Source of the DNA: Octopus bimaculoides
Taxonomy: Eukaryota
Assembly: GCF_001194135.2 (NCBI RefSeq)
Contig: NC_068998.1
Location: 21,603,248-21,641,246 of the forward strand
Reading direction: 5' to 3'
DNA length: 37,999 nt
The notes below the pieces were generated by a model, which saw only the letters and a list, made by a program, of their open reading frames with translations, made no database searches and was not told the origin of the DNA. Positions 24,820-37,096 of this stretch are shown here, one piece after another; positions within the stretch are counted from its first letter, which is position 1, and every line of letters starts with the position of its first letter. Made by a program: the position numbers and the translations under genes.

Positions 24820-24880
<61 letters not shown>
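24820..24880. repeat. (CA)n microsatellite
   Basis: Read directly. Confidence 0.95.
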
Positions 24881-24881
<1 letters not shown>

Positions 24882-25825
24882 AGAAACACATACATATACA
24901 TATACATCCACGTGCATACTATTCAGTATTATATATAGTTTATTATTGAACATCTATTAATCGAAACAATTATGATGTCCTTATGGTAGATTTTGTTGCA
25001 TGGTTGTCTCATTGTTTGTCCTATAGGATAGAATACGGTTGGTTATTTGTTTCCCAGCAGCAATTTACAAGAAACCGATCTAGTAGCAAGTTCCATGAAA
25101 CTTTTAGTTGGCTGTAAGCCACTATACATGGAATAATTGACCTCTCTTTCTATACCATGTAAATTAACTTTCTGTTAAATTAATAGGTAGTAAAAATTCA
25201 CAAGTATAATATTGTGGGTGAGGCTGACTTTAGTAGTTACTTCAGATTTCGCTTCACTTACGAGATGATATAAATTGTAGTATCGTTTTATATGCATGCA
25301 GCTTACGATGAGATATCGTATTCATCACCAGAAAATATACTTCAACCGTTTAAAAGAACGGGCATGTCAAATTTACATGACTTATAGATGACAAATGTAG
25401 CAGACTGTTTATGAGCTTATTCGGCCTAAAAAAACAAAAACAAAAAAAAAAACACCATGGCCCTGACAAGGCTTCCTCCACAAGTAAGAAGTTAAACATA
25501 ACCAAATTCACTCAACACCCACAAATATCATTTGGTCATTAGAAAGAAAGAATTTTACTTACCTTGTCTCATTTCCCTTATTTCCGAACATAGATTTGCA
25601 CTTTGAAATGGTCGGTAAAACCCTTCAGCGAAAAGTATTAGACAACTGTTTTAATTTTGCATCCATATCACAACATACCACTCATTAAAATCATATGCAA
25701 TGATTTCGATGCACTAATCTCCCGTACATGTTGCAAACCCCAAATTATAAAGTTCTCCTTTTACTTACAAATATCAATTCTCGTCTGAGATAACTGCACT
25801 AGGTGTGTTGAAATTTATTTCCCTT

Positions 25826-25992
25826 TTCTTTTCTACTCTAGGCACAAGGGCCAACACTTTTTTTGGAAGGGGTCAGTCGATTTCATCGATCCCTGTACGC
25901 AACTGATACTTAATTTATCAACCCCCGAAAGAATGAAATGCAAAGGCGACCTCGGCGGAATTTGAACTCAGAAAGTAAAGAACCGAAGAAAC
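25826..25992 (-). mobile_element. Short SINE family copy lacking its head
   Basis: Reverse-complement match to 26090-26256. Confidence 0.85.
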
Positions 25993-26040
25993 ATGAGCAC
26001 TGGTTTTATTTTACTTCTGTTATTATTATTCAGTCAATAA

Positions 26041-26256
26041 GGCAGCGAGCTGGCAGAAACGTTAGCACGCCCGGGCGAAATGCTTAGCAGTATTTCGTCT
26101 GTCTTCACGTTCTGTGTTCAAATTCCGCCGATTTCAACTTTGCCTTTCATCATTTCGGGGGCGATAAATTAAGTACCAGTTGGGTACTGGTGTAGATCTA
26201 CTTGACTGTCCCCCTGCCCCAAAATGTCGGGCCTTGTTCCTAGAGTAGAAAAGAAT
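26041..26256 (+). mobile_element. Short SINE family copy, full length (~215 bp)
   Basis: GGCAGCGAGCTGGCAGAAACG A-box-like start and GTTCAAATTCC B box. At least five other copies or fragments occur in the window. Confidence 0.88.
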
Positions 26257-28009
26257 GTTTATTTCCCTTTTCATACAAAGATCGACTTTGTGGCTGATAT
26301 TTCCAGATATCCTTGTCCATGAATTAAGGAATTGATTTATCCTTTCTTCACAAGTGCCTTGAATTAGAATGAACACTAATTAGACGAAGAGAATAACTGC
26401 CGTTATTTTCCACAGCTAAAGGAATAATTAAAACGAAAATGATGGGGAGCAAATTTTTTTCTCTCACCTCATAATTATTTGTAATTAAAAGTTTCACATC
26501 CATTTCATAATCTATGTTGACAATAACTTAAATCAGAGACGTCCTCAGTCTGCCTTTCATTAAAGGGGCGCCTCTGAGCAATTAATGTCAGTTATTTTTG
26601 CTCTTTAACTTCTCTGGTTACTGACTTCAGTCGATTGCATCTGTGTAAAATTTGCGAGGAAAGTGCCATAAATTTCTTTATGCTTGTGATATATATAGCA
26701 GCCAGAGAAAAACTCAATTTCATACAGCGAGTCAACAATCGAGCTTCTAAATAATAGTTCAACCGTAAAAAAAGAAAAAAAAAACTGACGATATGTTGCA
26801 TACTATCGTCCTAGATATGTGTTTGAAAAATCAGAGGCGGCTGTGAGCGAAAGAGCACAGTGAAGCAACATTGTTGCTGAACTCGTTGGAAAAAAGTGTT
26901 AAAATTTTGCAAAGAAAATGACTGACTGGACATTCAAAAGTAATTTCATTAGCAATAAAATAAAATTATCAGTTATTTTACTACAGTTAATTGAAAATTC
27001 TATTATATTCTGTCTCTGGTAATGTGATAATATATGAATATGATGGCGCAGTTAATGGCGGCTGAATCGTGCAAAATTAATATAGCTGTAAACATAAATT
27101 TATAGAGGAGGTTGTTAGAGACGTTATATTTTGTTTCTTCTATCAGCGCCGAAGTGCTTTGTAGTCAGTCCAGCGTACGACTGTGAAATATTACACTGAG
27201 GCAAGGACGATAAAACGTTGAAACGAATCAACTTTAAATTCAAAACGTAAACGGATGAAATATGGTGTTAAAGATTCCAGTCCAATGGTTTTATAGTTAC
27301 TGCCTCAAAGTTGTTCACAATCATTGTTGCAGCAAGTGCATGAACAGTGAAATAGAATATAAAATACAGAGATACGCACGTTTGTGCTAGTTATATTTTC
27401 TCCAGGCCATCAGTGGTGGAGAGAATAGATTTTAGTCAGAGGTAGCTTCATTTCTCTCTTTGGAACAGCATTGTTTTATTTTTAACTGCAAGATATGAGT
27501 TGACTGAGATTTAACTCATAATACTTAAAATGTTTAGTTTAGATCATGTAGTATATGTTTTGAAATAAAGTGAGATTGTGGGAAGGCTGTTAAACAGAAT
27601 GCTTTTTTCAGTAACAAGAATTTTCTCTCTAGTTAATATCATAGTGCACCAGTATACACCTGCTTGTTTTAATTTCACGGTAGACACAAGCTTCCCTATC
27701 GATATAATTCTAATTATTTCCCTTAATGGATTGATAAGATGATGTGCTGATAATACTACCTACGAATAAAATTACTGCATGACAGCTGTATTAAAGCAAT
27801 TCAACGTACAGATAAACACGTTGACAGCGACATATACGGAATTCCACTGCACGTGCAGATACGTCCATATAAAGAACGTCATCATCAATCTGGAAGATAT
27901 TGTAATTATGTGTGCAGAAATTTGGTGCTGTTGAGTCAATTAAATGCCTATGATTGTTAGGAAATGCTGACTACTGGAAACATAAATGGAATGATATACG
28001 TGCCGGTAT

Positions 28010-28046
<37 letters not shown>

Positions 28047-28049
28047 CAG

Positions 28050-28122
<73 letters not shown>

Positions 28123-28190
28123 CGTATGTGTGTATGTATTTGTGCATGTGTGCGTTTGTGTGTGTGTGCGTGCTTGCGTGTACGCGTTTG
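28010..28190. repeat. (CA)n/(TA)n/(TG)n compound microsatellite
   Basis: Read directly. Confidence 0.95.
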
Positions 28191-28321
28191 TATGAGTATA
28201 GTGATTGCAAATTCATTACAGAAGAAGGCCGTCTCTTCAAATAATAGAAATTCAGGTAGAGTAAGTGTCTGGAATTCAAGTAAAGTCCTCTTTTACGAAG
28301 TTTCAAGATGGATTGTTCAAT

Positions 28322-28810
28322 TCACAGTATTCCATCTGCTTTAGAACCATTGTAGATCACTTCTTCCCAAACCGATCGATATTCCGTCAAACACTCCCAG
28401 TTTTCAACATTCACACTAAGGGACTTCATATTGTTTTTGACGTTATCGCTAAAACGTTTCTTAGGTTCATATGTGAGATATTTTTCACGTTGCAACTCCA
28501 CGTAAAACAACCTGTCACCCTGCTTCCTACAATGGTACTCAACCCAATACATCTCATTGCATATTCTGTTGCTAGAGAATGTCATTTGATGCTTAAGGTT
28601 CTCCTTAGTTACGTTTCATATATTTTCAGAGCCTTGACGTGACGATTATATGGATTTCAAGTCGCAAAATATTATAACAGAGGAGTTAATGCGCATGAAG
28701 CTTAGTTGTTGAATCTGTTTTTGGTGGTGATACATCTGCCACACCACACACGATCTTTTAGCCTTCCAAATGCTTTGCTAACTTTTTCCATCATCAGATT
28801 TATTCCGAAA
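28322..28810 (-). mobile_element. RTE-clade LINE fragment (post-RT C-terminal region), decayed
   Basis: KVSKAFGRLKDRVW..R.ITTK; YNRHVKALKIYET*LRRTLSIK; LFYVELQ..K...EPKKRFSDNVKNNMKSLSVNVENWECLTEYRSVWEEVI follows the RTE/BovB C-terminal pattern. Confidence 0.8.
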
Positions 28811-29287
28811 TCACAGGAGCTATTTCTAGAGTGATAATGTAGGGCTCTCTTCTCTCCCTTTTTCAGCAACTTCACATATTCTTTCCGTCGACACTGTTTC
28901 AAAGATATATCAGAATGTTCTGGATTGGTTACGTTTGTAACCGAACCCAGTCCCACCCATGTGGCAATGTGATTGATGGAATGGTTTATAAGTTATTGCA
29001 TGTTTTTAGTTCTAAAGCAATAATAATCAAAAACATTTGGACTATATGATATAGGTTAACATCACTTCATTTCGCTTGAGTTTTAACGGAGCGGTGAGGA
29101 ATTTGAAGACAGTTTGGCTGATGTTTCTAGCATGTCATATGACCTTGCAAAAGCTCTCTTATTGGCTTATTACAGTTATTATTAGGTTATTACAGCTGCA
29201 TTGACATTCATTTACATAGTATTATCAGTAGTATGATGTGTCTGTCAAGGTCCTAGACGTTTTCAAAGCTGTCTACAGGTACTGTCT

Positions 29288-29320
<33 letters not shown>
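29288..29320. repeat. (TG)n microsatellite
   Basis: Read directly. Confidence 0.95.
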
Positions 29321-29321
<1 letters not shown>

Positions 29322-29950
29322 AATTTGATGCATTTCAGTTAACAAAATTTATCATCTGCAAATGATGGAGATTGATAGCTTGTCTGATGCATTTCGCTGG
29401 GTTAGTTATCAAGAAAAAGGTAGAATGTATAAAGCAAAGGGGAAGGATATATTTTCGCTAAGTTCAGTTCCTTTGTTGATTATAAGTTGCACCGTGAGGA
29501 TAACTTAGGTTCACTGTATTTTGTAGATCCACGAAATCGGGGATAACACCACCTTGTAAGTGACATGTATGCGTGTAATTAAAAAAAAAATGAGAGAGTG
29601 AGTATAATTATGTTCAGGAATGATTCATGAAATTGCAATTTTGAATCGAGTCCAGTGCATTACCAAAGAAAATCTTAAAATTAACATGAGTACTATATCA
29701 CTTTTTGTAAGGTGTCTAATGTTTTAAAGTGGTTAAGATGAAGAAAATATGCTTAGGTATGGCATTGTGCATTTAGTTATACTTTACATATTTAGTCCTA
29801 ATAGTAGTAAATATATTAAGGGCAATGATAAATACTTATGAATAATATTTACATAGGTGAAATTGATAAAAAATGTTTGTGGAGGGACGTTTCATATATC
29901 AATTATGGATATTTATTTGGAATTCGTTATTAAAGAATAATGGTATATTA

Positions 29951-30731
29951 CAAAGTGCATTGCAAAAGTTTTGAAACTTCTTTCCGGTGAGATATTTATT
30001 AATTTCAATAACTAAATAAATAAATAAAACACCTAACATTAATATATCTCGAAGTAGGATCCTCTGATTTTCATACATTATTGTGTCCCTCCAACAACTC
30101 TGTGAAGGCTCCATGGAATTCTTCCAAAGGTCTCCAGGAACGTTGCCATAACCTACCTCATCTTCTCAAAATCTTCAAAACGAAAGCTTTTGAGGTTCTC
30201 TTTCAGCTTGGGGAAAATCAAGTGTCGCAGGAAGCAAGTTGGGGACTGTGGTGTGGTGATGAATATCTATTTCAAGTAGTTCGTCGCCAGTATGGAATTC
30301 TCCGGTACAGGTGCCAGCGACTTGATTGGAAACTATTTAGCATATTGCGATGAAATCACTTACTAAAGGCTCCCAAAACCTCTACAAAATAAGTTTTGTT
30401 GACTGTCTGACCAAAGGAAAAACCAGTGGATGTACACGATGCTCTTGCTCTCGAAAATTGAATCTTGGCCTTCCCAGTGGATTTGCTTTGCCTGACCTTC
30501 GTGGTCAAATCTGTATCTTTATCGTCTCTATACATAGACGCTGGTCTTTATCTAGAAATTTGCGAATTTTCTCAAACCGGTTCTAATATAATGACGTTTC
30601 TCTCCGCCTCAAACCTCTCATCGTCTCTCACACCTCCCAACCATCCTTGAAACTGTTATCCCAGCGATAAACAAATATCTAGCTCATACACTTTAATGTA
30701 TAGGCAGTCTAAAACCTTTAATAAATTTCTG
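29951..30731 (-). mobile_element. Internally deleted mariner (DD34D-type) remnant
   Basis: Minus-strand pieces: DDER.GR (cf. DDxRSGRP), GQTVNKTYFVEVL, HSPQLASCD..FPKLKENLK.FRFED (cf. YSPDLAPxDF), ..GSYFE. Ends tacaaagtgcattgcaaaagttttgaaact and (revcomp) tacagaaatttattaaaggttttagact look like decayed TIRs with TA. Boundaries are less certain than the identity. Confidence 0.78.
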
Positions 30732-31298
30732 TAGCGTTTTTACCCTGTTCAAAACAGAAATGTATTCCATTCCAAACTTCCAAATTATCTACACGACACG
30801 ACCGCTTTCTGCAGACTAGTCAACTGTGTTTAGTAGAGTGTGTTATAATCACCGTAACAGTCATTTCCTTCAATCTTGAATTAAAAACATCGGGTAGTTC
30901 TGCTTACTAGATGTGTAATAATGTATAATAGTGATATATTAAGATTACAACAAACTAGGGCAGCTATAATTGCCTATCCCCCAAAAGGGTGATACCTTCT
31001 GGAATACCCCTAGTATCATTTACTACGGGAACTTATAGAATATATTCAAAACATTTTGCCACGAATATTATAATACGTAAAATAAATTTAATTATTTATA
31101 AAGTAACATTTTTGGAATCTACGAAATATATCTCTTTGCGGCGGTAATGAAATAATTCAAAGTAAAGATAAGAAGTAAATGTAATGTATATAAATGATGC
31201 GTTTACATTTAATGTATATGTTGGAAATTCGTGTAGAATTAATTCTGCGAACAAAGAGGTAATTCTTATATGAGATAATTTATTTCCTATCATATGTG

Positions 31299-31299
<1 letters not shown>

Positions 31300-31335
<36 letters not shown>

Positions 31336-31373
31336 CCCAATATATAAACACACACACACACACACACACACAG

Positions 31374-31407
<34 letters not shown>

Positions 31408-31410
31408 GCA
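31300..31410. repeat. (TA)n/(CA)n microsatellite
   Basis: Read directly. Confidence 0.95.
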
Positions 31411-32440
31411 TATACACAAACATATACGCACATTCGTATACAAGTACATACATAATTGGAAAGAATGCAAAACGAAAGAAATGTGTAAGAAATATGTGCG
31501 TATGCAAATGGAAAGAATGGGGAAAAATATAATCGGAAAAATTAGTAAACCTCCTAGAAAATAACTTATAGGAGATAAGCAAATATTTTGCATAGACGTA
31601 AATTAAAAAAAAAGGAAAATGTATAATGTGTACGTATAGGTAGGTTATGATATGATAGCGGGTAGGAGATAAAACATCAGTAATAAAGTTTAAAAACAGA
31701 AATTTTCTAAATGTAATACAAGAGTATATAGGTTCGATCAGTAAAATAAAATGCGGATATAATTTAGCTAAATGGAATCTTCTAATGTCTATAAATGAAA
31801 TAGACATTAAGCGGTACGTCATGGGACTAGAACATAGGGTGGCTTCAGTGAGTAGGATACTAAAATAATTACGTCCAAAGACAGAGAAATTACAATGTGA
31901 TATTGTATATTATGCTGTGTAAGCAGTTCGACATGACTACATATTTAAATATTTCATTTTTTGTAAGAGTGACTTTCCGAGTGTTTGTTCAGTTTAGTAA
32001 AACTGACTTTTAATTTCTTAGCTATAAGGGCATTTCAAGGTCATTTTTATAAAAATGTTTTGTGTTTCTTTGATACTGTTTTATCTTATAAAACAGACAC
32101 TCCGAATCGTTACTTCTGATGAGATTTCAAAACTTAAGCGCTTGATTTGAAACAATGTAAAATTATTGAGAGTGGAGTTGATAAATAACTTGGATAAGAG
32201 ATTGGATTATGCAGTCCATTTTGCTTTTGGAGTTTCTATAATTGAAATATAAGGAGTAAACGCCATTAGAATTTTTAGTTGTTTCATTAATAGTAGTATG
32301 ATTCAATTTTGGAAATTAGGGTGAAATAAAGATCTAAGTAATATTTTATATTAAGAAAGAAGCAATATCTGTGGTGTACTTCAAGAGTTTATGCGCGCAC
32401 ACACACTTATACACACATGTGTGTATGTGCGGGCGTGTGT

Positions 32441-32512
32441 GAAGGTGCGTGGCCTAGTGGTTGTTGGGTTGGTACTCTCATGATCGCTAGATCGTGGGTT
32501 CAATTCCCTGGC
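32441..32512 (+). mobile_element. Isolated tRNA-derived SINE head
   Basis: A box TGGCCTAGTGG and B box GGGTTCAATTCCC at tRNA-like spacing. No clear cloverleaf or acceptor stem, so not called a tRNA gene. Confidence 0.65.
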
Positions 32513-32562
32513 TAAATGTTTGTTAGAACGAACATTTTTGTCGGTGATGCCTCCTTGAACTG

Positions 32563-32758
32563 AATTCAAATTTAGGCAAGTTCTGGGGTGCGTGATGAAC
32601 GATCACATGGCCCCTGTACTTGAATGGTACTTATTTTGCTGACCTCGAAAGGATGAAAGGTAAAGTCGACTTTAGTGGAATTTGAACTCAGAACGTAATG
32701 GTGGACGAAATGCTGCTAATTGTTTTACTCGGCGTGCTAACGATTCTGCCAGCGCACC
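32563..32758 (-). mobile_element. Short SINE family copy, near full length
   Basis: Reverse-complement match to 26041-26256, including the head (ggcgtgctaacgattctgccagc). Confidence 0.8.
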
Positions 32759-34249
32759 CCTGAAATTTAATGGACGATGAAGCAAAAACTGGTGTTTCGG
32801 TTACTATTCTATGACTTAGAGATGAGATACTGCTACTGTACTGAATAGATTCTTTGAAGCACTTCAAAATATCTTCACTATAATGCATAGATATATCAGT
32901 AAAGCAGTTGTGTTTATTGAAAGATAAGAGAGCCTTAATTTTAACACTATTGTTATATAGTTTACGGGTATACATTCTAGTTAAGTATGCGATACAAGTA
33001 ATACAAATGGATTGTTAGGTTAAATGCAAGGACAAGATGTAGTAATACTTGATCAGATTTTCAACAATAAAAATGACGGAAAGGATTCTTTTCTTTGAGA
33101 CTGAATCACTTTATCTCATCTGACAGCGTGACCTGGAAATCCTGTGCGTTAGTTTGTTTGCGTCTGTTTCCGTGTTTGCGTATACATGTGTCTGCGTTTG
33201 TGTGTGTATGTGCTGTTTGCGCGTGCACGTGTGCTCGTGTGTTTGAAATTCCACTATTCAAATTCAAATGACATTCTTTTGTTTTCAGCTATTTTTCTCT
33301 CCCTCTCTACACTTCATATCGGTTACCATCAATTACTTCATCTTCCTTTGTTGATTCAACTTCTCACAGATCAGCGTGACGGCGGAGAGAAACACGCTGG
33401 TAACTTACTATATTTGATGCTATGTACACATTCTTCGCATACATCTTCCTTTTTACCTATATCAAGCTTGATTTAGCAAACTTCTGATCAAATATTGTAC
33501 AGCCACGATCACCCTGTTTGTGACTGTATAGATATATCCAGAATTAAATCAACAAGTATATTCTTTTTATATCAAGATATTAAGGACTGTTTAAATAAAG
33601 GATTGGTCGTTATTTCTAACAAAATCCTTAGCTAATGGTTGCCGCTTTACAAATTCTCTAGAGCAGTTAGACTATCATAAAATAAATAAAGTTTGGAAAT
33701 ATCTTAAGTGAAGTTGAATTAAGTTTTCATTCCTAAAAGTTCATTGCATTTACTTTATTCGAAGAATTCCACACATTCTTTCCCTGAATATCTTTATTAT
33801 ATTCGAGTATATAATATTTGATGTTATAGATTTTATGCACGCTGAGGATTTTCCCAGTTTACCTATATCTTTGTGTGAAACCTCCGTAATGCTTAGCAAA
33901 ATCTACGTGGTTGTAAATAACTTTTGCTCAGTTATCTTGACTTAAGAAAAAAATTTATTTATTTGTTTATTTAGCAGTGATTAGTATTACATTTAATTCT
34001 ATTTCCTTTAAATTTAATCTCTAAAATAATATCTATTATTTGCTTTCCTTTTTCTCTAACAAACTCTAATTTAAGATCGAAGCCAGAAGCTCTGGTTGCT
34101 CATTTACAGATAGCATTATTTTTTATAATTTGGCTGTTTCTTTTTTAATATGTTTCGGATTCTATTAAAGTTATTCATTATTCGTACGACGTAGATTCTA
34201 TTTCTTTACCTAAATGCACACTATCTAATAGAAAGTGGTATATACTTTG

Positions 34250-34280
34250 CATCATCATCATCATCATCGTCGTCGTCGTC
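34250..34280. repeat. (CAT)n(CGT)n microsatellite at the LINE junction
   Basis: catcatcatcatcatcatcgtcgtcgtcgtc read directly. Confidence 0.95.
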
Positions 34281-35570
34281 ACGCCTCCTGCTTTCTTCTG
34301 CTTCGATAGTCCTGGCAACTGATCAAACCTCTCCTAGCATTTCTTCTGAACAAATACAGCCTCTCGGTGTCACTCTTAGGGTGGAAGGCTACGTGTACTG
34401 TCAATATTATTCTGGTCTTGGTATCCATTTCCTTCATTTCTCTCTTTGGCCATTTTACAATTCCCGCTCCATACTGAAGCGATGATATCGCCCACTTATT
34501 TACTGCTTGGATTTTATTCCATCCAATCAATTTTGAGCACAACATCAGCTCCAGTCTTCGGAAATACTCAATCTTCATTTGCTCTTCCACTTCCGTTTCC
34601 ATTATCTAGTACACCAAGGTATTTGCATCCTCCCGTTTCAATTTGCTTAACCAAGTCTCTGTTTGGTAATTCTATCCCTGGCAGGGACTTACCTTGCCTC
34701 TTTTGATGTATATTATTCCGCACTTCTTGAGTTCAAATTCCATTCTAATACCAGTATTAAAATAGTGTACCGTGTTCACCAAGTAACTCACTTGTGTCTC
34801 ATCTCTGCAATACAGTTTCAAATCATCCATAAAGAGGAGGTTCTTCATTGTTTGGAATTTCCCTTTAGTTGGTACCCCAGGTTCATCTTTTTGAGTATCA
34901 AAGGCAGGGGTATGATGCAGAGAAAGAAAAGCCACGGAAATAGGCCATCAACCTAGGAAATCCCTCTTCTGATACCCAGGGTGCCCAAGCTTTTTTCCGT
35001 TAGATATCAGTTCCATTTTACATTCCACCATACTTCTCTTCAGGAAGCACGCTACATTCCTTGCAATTCCAAACAGGTCTAGGCACTCGATGGTCCACGA
35101 ATGTGGAATCGTATCATAAGCTTTGCGTAATCAATCCAGGCCATTCCCAGATTTGTTCTTCGTTTACTATCTTGCATTACCATTTTCTTTATCAATAGTT
35201 GATATTTGGTACCTTTGCATCTACTTCTACAGCCTTTTTTTCCGGCGGTAATATAGCGTGCTCATCAAAAAATTTGTACAGTTCTTCTGAAATTTCTCCT
35301 GACAGTAACTTCCATATTAACGGGAGGCAGGCTTTTGGTCTGTAAATGTCAGCAACATTTCTCTATAATGTATCCTTCAGGCACAACACCGTTTATCCTT
35401 TTGTCAACTAGCTCGTGATCAATGCATCACATTGCTCTGCGATCAATTTATTACAACTACAGGCATGTCATTCGCATCCACTGGAGTGCTCCGGTAATAA
35501 CACTCTATAACGATCACTGGAATAAGTGTCACCTCTATTGTCCACAATACGTTTTTCTCACTGGCCAGAT
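34281..35570 (-). mobile_element. R4/Dong-clade non-LTR retrotransposon remnant (N-terminal piece and RT), decayed
   Basis: YRPKACLPLIWKLLSGEISEELY; KGC...GTKYQLLID; [16 protein letters not shown]; LLFMDDLKLY; MEFELKKC; KYLG; NKIQAVNKWAISSLQYGAGIVKW; FHPKSDTERLYLFRRNARRGLISC. The F/YMDDLKLY and HPKSxxxRLYLxRxxGGRG patterns are typical of this clade. Confidence 0.82.
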
Positions 35571-36991
35571 CCTATTATATCTCAATTATTTTGATATTCA
35601 CTCTACAATCACATTGTATTCTAAATCTATAAACGTATAGTGAGTTTTCTGCTCTCTTCGATCGAGTGAGGTATTCTTGCTTGAAATAATATTCTCAGTC
35701 ATTATGGAGAAAACTCTTAAAATTCTATAATTGTCATTTTACATTGCAGTCTTTGGTTTGTATTATCAACTTTTCTATCACTTTGAATTCACAAGGTCGA
35801 TTTAATTACTGCACACTTTTACGCATGAACGCATCCTACACAAGTACACACAGTCCGCTCCACTCTTGTCCGCTTCTAGGGGTGAATACATTCCCATACT
35901 TGACAATGTATATTTCATATCCTACCCACCCATAAAATTCCATTCTGTCTAAATCGTAAAGTGCAATCTTTATTTTCCTCTCACTTTCTCATAGACTATT
36001 GTTTTCTTCCTATTGCTATGCTTTTCTCTTTCTCCTGACGCTGGATTAACATCTGCAGACATCTTTTCTTTTTATAAAATCGTTAAGCATGGATAAACGC
36101 AATAGCAACTTTAATTAATAACGTTTTTCCTACAAGGTACATATCATTCAACAGTTCTACACCAATCCCAACAATTCTAAATTAATAGAGACTATATAAA
36201 GCCAAGGTGAACTCGAATGTACTGAATACTTTGATGGATTAGCTAACGGAGAACTTCGAAATCACAGCACCGTAAATACTATTCACGTTAAAGTGTTATA
36301 CAAAGCAATTTTAGCTTCAAACATTTTGAACTCTAACCAGCAAAACAAACGATTGAAAAGCTTCCTTCATGCACTTCGATAGAAATTGTAAAAAATATTT
36401 TTTTTTTTCTCTTACACTTTCTGAAAACTTGATCATATCTAATTGTTGATATAACACAATATTACTGACCGTTCAAAATAAGATTGTTAGGAACTTCATC
36501 GAACATTTAAACTTTTATCCTTGTGAAACTCATTGGAATTTCTATCAATAATTAATCGTTTCAGCACATTTTCTGAGTTCTCCCTCATTACTTTAACCTC
36601 AACGAAAGCCCTTTCTCTTTTCTTTTTTATTTTACCATTGATACACAGAAAATTGTCGAAACGGTTTTGATATTTCAAAAGAAATTTCATAACACGTTTT
36701 GAGATCCTGGTGCGCCGTATCGATCATTATGCTATATGAAACTTACAGTCCACTCTGTCTTCCCTATCAATCATTTGACATATACTGAACGAGCACCGAC
36801 CAATGCCTCAGGTTGATCCTGCGACGTAAGTGCAGTACCGCAGGCGACGCTTGGTAGCCGTAAGTGTTGAATGTGCTCTCAATGCGCACTATTATGCACA
36901 TACCCAGTACAAGGTTTAGATACTACATTTTAAAGTTTCCTTACTAAACTTTGATTTCAAATACAACCTATGTACATAATAGATCGGAAGA

Positions 36992-37079
36992 NNNNNNNNN
37001 NNNNNNNNNNNNNNNNNNNNNNNNNNNNNNNNNNNNNNNNNNNNNNNNNNNNNNNNNNNNNNNNNNNNNNNNNNNNNNN
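36992..37079. other. Assembly gap (88 N)
   Basis: N run. Confidence 1.
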
Positions 37080-37096
37080 ATATATATATATATATA

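Noticed and set aside
25563-25650. Perfect AAG|GTAAGT donor on the minus strand at 25562 with an open frame CLILFAEGFYRPFQSANLCSEIREMRQ
   Set aside because: Weak acceptor and no recognisable protein. About one such 8-mer per strand is expected by chance in 38 kb.
31783-31809. 10-bp perfect hairpin TAATGTCTAT...ATAGACATTA, plus similar small palindromes at 101-124 and 27847-27858
   Set aside because: Isolated short stems are expected by chance in AT-rich DNA.
32116-32159. CTGATGA...GAAACAATGTA hammerhead-like string
   Set aside because: Stem II lacks the G-C closing pair, stem I does not form, and there is no PLE context.
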